From Polymyxa betae A26-41 (lineage: Eukaryota > Protista > Endomyxa: Phytomyxea): a DNA stretch of 64,000 nt. The notes beneath the pieces were generated by a model. That model was not told the DNA's origin. It was given only the letters and a program-made list of their open reading frames with translations, and searched no databases. The stretch covers positions 124,001 to 188,000 of the forward strand of contig RBZT01000312.1 of assembly GCA_003693705.1 (NCBI GenBank), in the 5' to 3' direction. Positions 35,101 through 46,537 of the stretch are shown here, piece by piece. A program made the translations under genes and the position numbers. How positions within the stretch are numbered: the stretch's first letter is position 1; every line of letters begins with the position of its first letter.

Positions 35101-37238
35101 TTTCTTTTGACAAAGATGTCTGTATAGCAACTTGGAGTGGAATAGAAGGCACTGGAGGCACAGTTGCCATTATGCTTCGCGGGCAGTATGAAGTTGGAGA
35201 TGTTGGCTTCATGGTAGGAATGAATGATGTTGCTATAATCCCGTCTAAAATCTGTGGCCCGTCATGCACTCGTGTTCAATGCAATTCAACCAGGTCGCCG
35301 TCTTCTTCACTGCCATTGACATCAGCGCTACCCGGTGTCACGTCATCTTCGCTGTTACGTACATCGACATCCAAGCCTCGAGTCTCGTCGCCTGTTCCCT
35401 CATTTGCGGCGACTAGTTTAGCATGTCCATTAGACCAGACCATGCAGTGTCCGAATATGATGGGGCCTTCTAGCATCTCGCACAACACTACATCACGTTA
35501 TTCTGTTAATGTCGAACGAATCTACTACGTTCCTTCTTCAAACCAGACCGTTTTTAACTATTCTGTTCGTTACCAAAATTCACCTGAACGCCTTCTCCAA
35601 GCTGTCAAGTTTTGGTTCATGCCTTGTGTATGCCAGCACAACAATTCCGTTCAGACTTCGTTTGCTCGGAACAACCGAACTGTTTCAAATAGTCGACCAC
35701 CAACAGATAGAAATTGCTCTATCATGTTTACTAAGCTGGATTCTAATCTTGCATCGATTTCTTTCCAGTTGCAAGGAAGGTATAAAATCGGTACGGTACG
35801 TGTTTTGGTGGAAGCGCAGCAAGCAGAGGCAAGAACTTTACACGTTTGTGGTCCTGTTTGTGGTAAATTCCAATGTCCAATGCTGTCAAGCAAACCAAAC
35901 CCTCACAAGAGTACAACTTCATCTGTAAGTCAACTGCTTTAAGGATATGGCTAGTCTCATTTATGATGTTTTTAGAATGTCGCAAGTCCCACCATATCTA
36001 GACGTTTTTCATCTCCGTTAACTGGTCAACCACATACACCTGTAAGCGATCACACACCGAATACACCAGCTGTGCAAACGCCTGCACACGAACCAGCTCC
36101 AACTCCTGCAGGAGATTCACACGCCCATGTAACGATCACTGCAATTCAGATAGATGTTTGAATCCTTACTTCTCGGTGCTTAGGATAATACGCCAACCCG
36201 CACGCCAACTTACGGTGGAACTCGTGCTCATTATGGAACTCTCCCTAATGTATTTCTGCTTTCTATCTTTTTAAAATTCTTAAATTGATTCTCGCTTCAG
36301 GATGGGTCGGGCTGTGCAGCATTACCCACTGTTGCTAGCTGCAAACTGCTATTTTCTTACCCACTATATAATGGGCCCGGTCTTCTGAGAGCAGGTCTTG
36401 CGACGGATGCTAAGGCTCAGCAAGCTATTCCCATCATGAATTCGGCAACTATGTTTTCATATACGACTTGGATTTACCCGCAACAATTTGGTCCTGGAAA
36501 CATCACTGTATTCGGTCGCAGCAATGATATCAATAATCAATTGCAAGGACTCCCCAGTCTTGTTCTAACTCCTGACGGAATGGTAACCTGCTTCTGCTGT
36601 CCCATAATTGTTTACCTGAAAGTGATTTTCCAGGCTAGAGTCAACCTACAAACCCGCTCTTCAGACAATATCAGTTGGACTTTTGAAACGTGTCAATCTA
36701 CAACGCCTTTAACGATTAACCAATGGACACAAATTTCGATTACGGTCGACACAACTGCAAGGCTTATTAATCTGTGGTATAATGACGGAAGTAATGGCCG
36801 CTTATGGGCATGCGTCTTCAAACCTAGTGTCCGGTTTGTCTCTACACCGGCAGCATTCAGCCTGGCATCATCTGTGGCGACTTCGAAGATTTGTATCGGA
36901 CAAGTCAATTTCTATCCCAATGTCATAAGAACATCAGACTTGAAGCTTTGTCTCACGCCTCAGCCATTGTTATCTAACCAGACTGGAGACCATTTATCTC
37001 CCGCATCGGTAAGGTACCCACTGCTGAGCTCTGCTTGTACGCTCATAGTTTATAGGATAAGAGTGATCCCAAAGCGCCGACCTCGTCTAAACCCAGCGCT
37101 GTAACCGTGGCATCCGTCACGGTTGCCTGCGTTGTGGGTGCATGCTGTATGTCATTACTGGGATGCTTCTATGTTCGTCGTAAACGTGCTCGTGCTGCAG
37201 CCGCAATTGCAGCTAATGAGAACGCTTCATACCCTTAA
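26130..37238 (+). CDS. Giant (~3600 aa) type I membrane mucin-like surface protein with 10 Cys-rich repeat domains and a LamG/ConA-like domain
   Basis: Exons 26130-26607, 26659-35924, 35976-36128, 36184-36249, 36301-36582, 36634-37008 and 37056-37238 splice in frame through GT-AG introns. Product has a signal peptide, S/T/P-rich stalks, repeated SNGY...C.C...GG.F...C...W..L...G..SF...G.YNVG...ICGP.C domains, FSYTTWIYP..NQWTQISITVD (LamG-like), and TM VTVACVVGACCMSLLGCFYV followed by RRKR. Confidence 0.88.
28620..29935 (+). repeat. Coding minisatellite: 105-bp units, then 222-bp higher-order units (SSAPFTSAGPASPST...)
   Basis: Anchor GAGTGCGCC recurs at 28847, 28952, 29057, 29162 and 29267 (period 105), then at 29489 and 29711 (period 222). 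Confidence 0.92.
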
Positions 37239-37322
37239 ACGCTGTTCGTCTTTTCCGACTCTGTCTGCTATTTATGGACATCCCTCAACAAAAAACAAGT
37301 TGTCAGTCACTATTGTAAGCAT

Positions 37323-40300
37323 TTATCTATGAATAAATTGAAGTGACGTCCTATGTTCTCGATTTCGATATTTCTCCACATCAATGTGCATTTGTGCAAC
37401 AAGCAATTCAAAATCAACTTGGGATTCAAGAGCCTTATCAAAACAATCCAGGCTTCCGTAAACAACGGAAAATAAGCTAAAGTGAATGAACCTTCGGGTA
37501 GATACTTGGAAGTTATAGTGCGACATTAATTGCAACGTTGCCAGATACATTGCAGGAGACCTGAAATAGGGCCTATATGAGGAAGAGCTGTACATCTGCA
37601 TTAAAGCTTCCTGGGATGAACGTCTTGTTACATGATTCGTGAGTCTAGTGATATGATTAAGAATATCAACGTTCGGACCTGAGTTGATAACCGATGCTGT
37701 AAATTTCTTGAATGGATCAATTAAAGGCAACTGTAGATTTCCCTCAGGAAGAGACAGAAACGATTCAAGCTCAACCGGGACGGCAATTCCCATTGCGGGA
37801 TCTTGTGGGAAGTCCCATCCGAGAGAAGACAAGAGTTTCCTGCCATCACTGTGCATTGACCATATGCCGAGAATATAATAACAAGTGGCTCGAATTGATA
37901 AAACAGGATGCTTAGCTGCCTTTTCAGCCGTGTAAGATATAATGCAAACATGGTGATTCCGGATGCTGATATCTCTGAGAAGCTCAAAGCCAAGCGTAGA
38001 GCTACCGGAAAGAGCTAGATTCCAGAGGCTCACAGGCATTTTGTTCATTTCATCCTGGAGAACATTTTTAATGTGAGAGTGCAGATAGGGTTCAATGATC
38101 TTGCATCCCAGCTCGGTCCGAGTTAGCTGCCCGAACAGATGTGGGGCAGGACATATCGGAAAAGGACCACCGACCGCATAAATATCAAGAGAGAAGAAGA
38201 TCGCCTCTAACGCCAGCGTTTCGTGAGATGAGAACCGCCATGTTACTGTTCCATCAGCGATATCGAACGGGGCAGGACGCTCTTGAACGGAACGTAGTGC
38301 ATTCTGGTAATCGGCAATCAAACACTGAACGAGTCAAATGAAAGGATTACCTGTAGAACAGCAGACGAGCAGCTTCTGCTATACCAGAATTTGGGAATCA
38401 GTCCAGAAAGGGACTGCTTACCAAACGACAATACTGCCCGAATAGTAATGTTATAATTAGATATCAAATAATGGGATCGAAGCCCTTGATCATTGAGAAC
38501 GTAACAGGCGACACGGCCACGAAGTGACCCAGTACTGGGACATGAGATCAATTCAAAAAAGCAGTCAGACTCTATCTGAACAGCTTCATTATCGGCAGAA
38601 ATTGCGGATAGTTCCAAGTGAAAAGGAGTATCATGAAGGCGCTCCAAATACCACTAAAACAAAATGTCAATCGACATCGCTTAATTGTCCGTCTTTGCAG
38701 ATACCTCAAAATCTGAGGTTGACCGTTTGAACCGAGGGCTGACCTCTATTCTATCGAAATTGAGTGCCGCCATCAAGGCAGTTTCCAGCTCCGTCACGTA
38801 GCAATCTGAAAATAAATTAGAGCATTTGGAGAGGCAATGTGAAGACATACCAGATTCCGTTGATTCCCAAATTTCGATTTGTTTAACAATCCAATTGTTG
38901 TTCGCAGCAATCTTAAAGCCTTCTTCATGTCCAACTAAGCGAAGCATTAGGCGGTCAATATAAGGAAAGTCTCCTTCAGGAGCCTAGCCATTAGCTCAAG
39001 CTAAATCCACATCCCGAGAATGCAATGCATAATCACCTTCCAGTCTCTAAGTAGTTTGCAAATGGCAGAAAGATATCCGGGATCATCACAAGCCTGTTCT
39101 AAAATGTAGGATACTTCGACAGCCAGGTCGGTCCAGTTCAAGAGATGCTTGACCAGAAGAGGAAGCCCCCATTCTTCGAACATGTGAACTTCCAAGCGCA
39201 TCATCACGAGCAGCTGTTGAATTAAATATCGCCGAAGATTCAACGATCCTGTGGAAGGTTAGCAATAGTGCTACCTGCAATAGATTGTCAAACCATGATC
39301 AAGCCAGAAGTCCAAAATTGCACGTGAGGGAAGATGCTTACTGTAGTCCAAATGGCATGCAATTACTCCTGGCAACGATCAGTTTTTTTTAAAGAGACTA
39401 GATGAATTTACTGGTCATATAATCCAGAGCAGGGTTCAGAGCGATTCCTTCAAGCAAGTCTTGCAATCCAGTTTTTTCCAAAAGACGCATTCCTTGGGCT
39501 GATTCAGACAAGATCCCGATCATTATGAGATAGACACGACCGGCACCACATTGCACGCCAGCACGACTGAATAGTGACGCCTGAATGCTGAGCGTCGACG
39601 TCATTAAAGTAACGAAATGATTCAGAATATTCTTACGCTTTAGCGTTAGAAGTGAAGCATCTCAACCTGAGCATTTCAACCAGTTGTTCCACACAAGAAG
39701 TTAACAAAGCAGAAGATTCAGGACCGCAAACACAAAGAACTCGTGTAGCACAGCATGCTAGTCGCATATACTGAATGTGGTCGAGATCCCAGGGCATCAA
39801 AGCCAAGTTGCCTTTCGACGGATGCAGAAAACTCGCCAGCCGTGGAAGGAACTTTGTTCTAAGAGTAATTGAGCCAGAAAAGCAGCACACTCATAAAGCG
39901 ATAACTTATTCAGAACCGTCATGATGTTGCTGGGATGCTTCAGCAACGGGCCCTGCATAATGGCAAGACATGCGTCTAGTTCCCATTCCGAATGGTTACG
40001 CTGATCGGCGTCCATAACGCGAGTATCCTTGAGCATCATGAACAGGGCATCTTCATCAATGACGTCGTAAAGAGAAGCTTCACGAATAGAGCAGTGTAAA
40101 TCTGCCCTGTAATGAGCTCCGTTGCATTCGCTTCGGATTGCCAGCGTTTCGAAACTTGCCTAATAAAAAGGTGTTCAGTGTTCAGAACAGAGCAGTGAAC
40201 AAATTCTACTTTGTTGGCATTTCTAGAGCTGATTTTTGTGGCGATAAAGTTGTAAAATCGATCACTGTTTTGTGATGAACCAGTAGAGCTGTCGACGAAC

Positions 40301-41918
40301 ATTTGTAAATCCGTCAGCATGTCCCTGGCTCTGACATGAGAATCTGCAGCAAATAATCAGTAAAACGCACTACAATCAATTGTAAATATCTCCCATTACG
40401 AGATTGTTCCACTCTTTGTTGATCCGCGATAGCACTTGCAACGACAGAAGTCAATTCATTCAGCTTAGTATTATAAGATACAGGAAGCAGCGTTGCAGAG
40501 ATGTTCAGAATTGCAGAAAGAAGAGATGTCGCTTGCATTGAGTGTGTCTTGTTACTGTTGACGCCTAAGTACAGTAGCGCATCCAGAAGGCCACAGTTAA
40601 CAAGGCACATCACCACCATTCCAAGATCTAAACAAGGTTTTAACTGGTATGACAAGATATCAAGAGCGAACCATACAGTTGCACAGGAGGTTGCAGGACT
40701 GGAACTTGTTTCTGCGATGATTCCAATTGGATGTGATGCGAATTTCATTGAATACATCGAAAATCAAGTCAAATACTAATTCCTGTTGATGGCTGTTCAG
40801 AGTAACGCACTAAGACACATCACACAAGTACTCTAGCAAGGGTAGATTCAGCTACATAATCGGGCAAGGTCAGCATGTTTATGACTGAACGAAGTCCAAG
40901 AGGGTCGTCCGCTAAATAAAAGAGTCCAATCCAGCTTCGAAGCATGAGAACCAGAGCTCCACGAGCAACGACAGCATCTGCAGATATAAGTAAGCAGGAA
41001 AAACAATTAGTTAACGGCTTTACCGGATACTTGAGCATAACTACCAGCAAGACCGCATCTTGTGAAAGCAGCAAATAGTGGCTGTAAGTCGATAGAACGT
41101 CGAATCAGAGATCCTATACATGATGAGATAATGGTGGCAACTCGAGCTGATTTTATTACGAGTTTTTGGTGAATCAATCAATCGCAAAATAACAAGAACC
41201 AGGGATGTACAAATTGATGGCGTACACTTGGGTTCCAATATAGCCTGAGAATCAATCAGTTCGCATATGACCGTTAACCTCTATAAACCAGTGACTTCGA
41301 TAACCACTCTCATTGCGTTGCATTTGATTGCATCTGACGGCCGCATCAACAGCACCGAACGTAGCGTTTCCAAGCATAAATGTGTAAATTGCTCCGGGTC
41401 TTCCTTGGAGAAGACGCACATCGACACCAGAGACATCAATAACGATTTAGGAACGGCAACGCCAAGTGACAGAATATTAATAATCAATCGAAGAATTTGA
41501 CTTCTTTCGTTAGTGAACATGGAATCACGATCCAAGCATCTTTTAGCAGATTACAAGCAATGTCAACGACCATGTACCGACAAACCTGACTAGCAGTTTA
41601 TCGATACCAAGATTCACGATGTCTTCGACATCACTTGGAAATTTGGTAATCATACGTATCAACCGTATTGTTCGCGTTCTAATACCATGATCGTTGATAA
41701 AGAATAGTGGTCTCAAACTAAAGAGGTCAGCCATTCACTTTGCTGTCAAGAATCTAAGAGGCGCCAGACCATTTCAAATTACGAACATGGTTAGGATTCG
41801 AAACATTGCATTTGATGTCTTTGACGATATCCGCGGCCTCGTTTAAAATATCGAAACGGTTTGAATCCGGCAGCTGTAGGTTTTGACAGACGGCATCAAA
41901 TTGGGCATATGCATCCAT
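37323..41918 (-). CDS. RICTOR: TORC2 subunit RICTOR/Avo3/Pianissimo, multi-exon
   Basis: LDRDSMFTNERSQILRLI, MLRSWIGLFYL, MLKDTRVM..W, LRRYLIQQL..EWGLPLLVKHL, PHLFGQLTRTELGCKII, SLWNLALSGSSTLG, HPVLSIRATCYYILG..GRKLLSSLGW. Start approximate. Confidence 0.9.
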
Positions 41919-42140
41919 ACAGAGATCAGATATGACTTGGGCTTGTAGCTGGGCGTGTAAGACGACGATGGGCACCGGTCGTCACCACCATACCTGAGGC
42001 AAATGCAATAATATAAGAAATGAGGAGGAGGCGGTCATGGATGACAGCTACCTACAGTCCAGAGTAACGAAGATTGATAACAGGTGAGACCAGGTCACCG
42101 GGACAGACAAACCAAGAAGAGCCCACGTCGCGGAATAACT

Positions 42141-42231
42141 GGGGTGATGTGGTGATGGGCTAATGATGGGGTGATGTGATGATGGGGTGATGGGGTGATG
42201 TGGTGATGGGTTGATGGGGTCGTAGGGTGAT
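42141..42231. repeat. Degenerate G-rich 8-mer tandem repeat (GGGGTGAT/GTGGTGAT)
   Basis: About 11 imperfect units, e.g. ggggtgat gtggtgat ... ggggtgat ggggtgat gtggtgat gggttgat ggggtcgt agggtgat. Confidence 0.85.
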
Positions 42232-42818
42232 CGTGATCCTCCACTCAATTTGGAGTCTCTCTTCCTTCCTATCAGCTCAACTCATACATAATCCTGAATC
42301 GAGCCATCATGTAATCGAGCGAGGCATCACGAGAAAACCTTCGCGCCGGCTGATCTCTGCAGATTGTCATATGGTCGGTGCGCACGTTCCAGAATGCATG
42401 CAGAGCTGCCTGTAATCGAGTGCGAAGACACGCTTAGCTAGGCGCTGAAATAGACACTCTAGAATCATAGAAGCCTGAATGGAATCATTAAGGTTTTTAA
42501 CACTAGCTAACATTAGCTGGAGTGTCGCTTGCTAAACTTCAAGCCAGACTGATATTGTCTCAATCCTCCAGTCATCCTAGGAGTGCAGCTTTGATGATTT
42601 GGAGCGTCAGTCACTTGCCTTATTGCTAAAGTGACCGCATACCGCCCATTTGAATCAATCACTTCAGCCATTCCATTCTCAAAGATTTTTCATGCTTTCA
42701 AACAGATTTATAATGAAAAAATAATAGTTAAAAAATGATTTTTCAGTTCAATAACATCGTCCAATTCTAAAGCCTCGTACACGATCCGGAAGCGATCAAC
42801 AAACCAGAACGACGGCGC

Positions 42819-44921
42819 TCAATCAACTTCCTGGATTTTTGGTCCCTTGCTGGTGCTTGGACCGCCCGTCGTATCGCCCGACTTGTAATCGTACTCGGGA
42901 CGTTCGCCGCCGGCGCCACCTGCGCCGCCAGGTCCGCCGGTCGCCTTCGACAGAATCGGATTGCACTTCCCCTCGACTTCTTCCAGCTTATACTTGAGCT
43001 CGTCGGTGCTGGCCGAGTCGGAGTGCTGGTCGAGCCACGATGTCGTCTCTTCGATGATGCTCTCGAGCTGGGAGGCGTCGCTCGGGTCCATCTCGCTTTT
43101 CTTCTCCTGGACCATATTGCGAACTGAATAGACATAGTTCTCGACACGGTTCTTGGCTTCGACGCGTTCACGATAGGCGTCATCCTCAGCCTTGTAGCGT
43201 TCAGCTTCGCGAATCATGCGCTCGACCTACAAAACCTGTGAGAAAAACCCTAAAACCCTTAAAACCAGTAAAACCTCAGCGTTGGATAGACGAGTCTTGT
43301 CATTGGTGATCGTGATCTTCTGTGCCTTTCCTGTGGATTTCTCAACAGCATTGACGTTCAGAATGCCATTGGCGTCCAGGTCGAAGGTGACTTCGATCTG
43401 AGGGACACCTCGTGGCTTTAACGGGATACCGGAAAGCTGGAACTTGCCCAGTAGGTTGTTATCTTTGGTCATGGCACGCTCGCCTTCATAGACTTGAATA
43501 TCAACAGCCGGCTGATTATCCGAATACGTCGAGAAGATCTGCGTCTTCTTGCATGGTACCGTCGTGTTCCGTGGAATCAGCGGTGTCATGACACCGCCGG
43601 CCGTCTCCAATCCCAGCGATAGCGGTGCGACATCCAACAGCAGAATGCTGCTGGCTTGCTCGGACGCCGTCCCGGTCAGAATCGACGCCTGAACGGCCGC
43701 CCCGAATGCCACAGCTTCATCCGGATTGATCGATTGACAGAGCTGCTTGCCACCGAACAGTTGTGACAGCAGCTGCTGGACCTTCGGGATCCTTTTACAA
43801 TCGTCAGCTAAACAGAAGATTGCTGCGTTGAAACCCTTGACCGACCGTGTCGATCCGCCGACCAGTACGACTTCGTTGATCTGGGTCTTACTCAACCCAG
43901 AGTCCTTCAACACGTGCTCGACCGGGCCCATGCATTTCTCGAACAAGTCGTGGCACAGAGCTTCGAATCGCGCTCGCGTGATCGTGCTGCTGAAATCGAC
44001 TCCTTCGTGGAGCGAATCGACTTCGACGACCGCCTGGGTCGACGACGACAGCGCACGCTTGGCGCGTTCGCAAGCCGTGCGAAGACGACGCAGGGCGCGT
44101 TGCGATTTCGACAGATCAACGCCTCGGTGCTTGCGCTTGAACTCCTCCACGAAATGCTGCACGAGTCGCTGGTCGAAATCTTCGCCGCCCAGATGCGTGT
44201 CGCCGGCCGTTGCCTTCACTTCAAATACGCCGCCGTCGATCGTCAACAGCGAAACATCTTCGCGCTGCGATTCAGTTTCCTCAAGAACGACCAGGCGAAT
44301 TCCTTTACCGAATGTACCGCCACCGAGATCGAAAATCAGAACGTTGTGTTCCTGGCTCGCTTGAGCTTTATCGAGGCCGTATGCGATGGCGGCCGCCGTA
44401 GGCTCGTTGATGATACGGAGGACATTCAGGCCAGCGATACGCCCGGCATCTTTCGTCGCCTGGCGTTGCGAATCGTTGAAATACGCTGGGCATGTGATGA
44501 CAGCGTCGACGATAGTCTGGCCCAAATACGCCTCGGCCGTTTCCTTCATCTTCGTCAAGACCATTGCCGAGATCTCTTCGGGCTTAAATCGTTTTCGCTG
44601 TCCTTGCCACTCAACTTCAATCTCGGGACGGCCGCCCTCGCCTTCTACGACCTTGAACGGCCAGAGCTTCATATCGCTCTGGACGGTGGCGTCGCGATAT
44701 TTACGCCCGATCAGACGTTTGGCGTCGAAAACGGTGTTGACTGGATTTCGCGCTGCCTGGTTCTTGGCGGCCTCGCCGATCAAACGTTCGGATTCGGTAA
44801 AGGCGACCCAAGACGGCGTCGTACGGTTCCCTTGATCGTTGGCGATGATGTCGACATTGCCGCTTTTCCATACGCCGACACAGGAATAGGTTGTGCCTAA
44901 ATCGATACCAACTGCAACCAT
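42819..44921 (-). CDS. HSP70: Cytosolic Hsp70 chaperone; introns 44258-44308, 43792-43845, 43227-43274
   Basis: [33 protein letters not shown] (after splicing), [14 protein letters not shown] (after splicing), RARFEALC, C-terminus GPKIQEVD. Confidence 0.98.
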
Positions 44922-45037
44922 GATGATGAAATTGCAAATTATGAAAGACGCGGACGCTGCATATGGTGACTAAATCGGGCGCATCGAAATCGATGAATCT
45001 ATGGACCGGACGATTGGCGATCTGCGAACCCAGGAAC

Positions 45038-45045
45038 GAATGTTC
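45038..45045 (-). promoter_or_regulatory. Heat-shock-element core upstream of Hsp70
   Basis: GAATGTTC about 120 nt upstream of the ATG. Confidence 0.45.
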
Positions 45046-45403
45046 TTGGCGGCGCCAGGGCTCCGGTCCCAGATCGGATTCCAGGGTTCTTTGATGGCTA
45101 GCTCAGGATTGTTTCCGATGCTGGACCAGCATGACCTGTTCGCAACTTGGCACTCGCAGCCAAATGCAGTCGCTTCGGCAGACGTCCAAATTTAAAAATA
45201 TTTCCCAGCAACAATATTGCTAAATACTTCTCCGAGTACCGTAATAGCGACCATCAAAGCAGATGATTCAATAAGACACCACCAAAAGAATATGCTTCTA
45301 CAAAAATATATATTAAATAAAGAGGTCGTGTGGACCGATTAAAGAACATCTTAAGATGCCCACTTAACGAAATATTAGAAAAACGATCAGACTCCAATTT
45401 CAA

Positions 45404-46537
45404 TCAACGATCTTGTAAAATATCGTCAAAAGCGCGACGTTTCCAGATCCGATACTCGGCCGAGTCAGGATGACGTGCTGCTAAAATCGAGAATTCGCTA
45501 TAGGCGGAATCGACGTTGCCCATCTCATAGGATAGACGGCCTTTTAGCAATCGTGCCTCGTCAAAATTCAGATCGGCGGAGACAGCAGCGGTTGCAGCTG
45601 CTAACGCTGCAGACGAGACGATTTCAGGGGAACAGAGGGCACGCCCGTATTCGAACTGAGCCTCAGCGAGATATGGCGCCAGATGAGCAGCCGCAGCGAA
45701 CGCCTTCAAAGCGTCACCCGATCGGTCTAATCTGTCCAAGCACCGACCCATCCATAGATGTGAAGCCGCATGGGCCGGATTCAGCTTCGAGGACGATGTG
45801 AATCGGTCAAAAGCTTCGCACGTGTTGCCCAGCAAATATTCATACCGACCTATCCAATACAGAGCCAGATCTAGCGAATATCAGCAAAAGAGAGATATAA
45901 AATCAAACACGCAGCTGAGATATAAACGTCCGACAACAATTTCGATTACCGCAAGATTTGCAATAACAAGCATGATTAAAAAACGATTACGACCTTGAGG
46001 ACAAACGTGGAGGAGATCATAAATCGGCGACGGCGCTACGAAATCGTTGTTGACTGATTCCGCCTCGATTGCAGTCACCCATTGCTGCATCAAGTTCGGA
46101 CAGGTATCAGCAGCGGTTGGGTTCGCTCTGCGCACGGCCATCAACACAGAAAGAGAAGCAACCAAGCAGGGGATAACAGCGAACAACACGATCAAGGTCC
46201 CCATGCTGATTCGTAGCCGACCGGTCTTCCCATCTGAAGACGATCGTCGGTTTTTAACGATTTTAGCCGGAGAGGACAGAGCGATTTTGCTAGCTGCGCG
46301 GCAGACGAGATGATTGTGGTTTTGTTGTAGAGCTTCGTTGAGCTCGGCTTGGCTGCCAACCAATACCCGGTCGCCTTCGTCGTCTTCGTAGACGATTTCG
46401 ACAGCATCCTGATCCAGGCCCAAGGCGTCGGCAGCCCGAATCATGATCTGCTGAAACGTGGTCTCGGTGACGACCAGAACCGACTCGGTGTCGGCTGCCG
46501 TCGTGTAGCGGAGGACGATCTGAGGCGCTGACGACAT
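45404..46537 (-). CDS. PB1 domain - transmembrane - TPR-repeat protein, multi-exon
   Basis: PB1 acidic OPCA motif IVYEDDEGDRVLVGSQAELNEAL, TM LIVLFAVIPCLVASLSVLMAV, and TPRs LNPAHAASHLWMGRCL..ALKAFAAAAHLAPYLAEAQFEYGRAL..EARLLKGRLSYEMGNVDSAY. Joining the two ORFs into one gene is inferred. Confidence 0.7.

Noticed and set aside
42240-42760. Possible small gene or ncRNA between RICTOR and Hsp70
   Set aside because: No convincing ORF, splice pattern or known RNA motif seen by eye.
43747-44900. Long plus-strand ORFs (205, 328 and 149 aa) antisense to Hsp70
   Set aside because: Well-known antisense shadow ORFs of GC-rich Hsp70 genes; no independent motifs.
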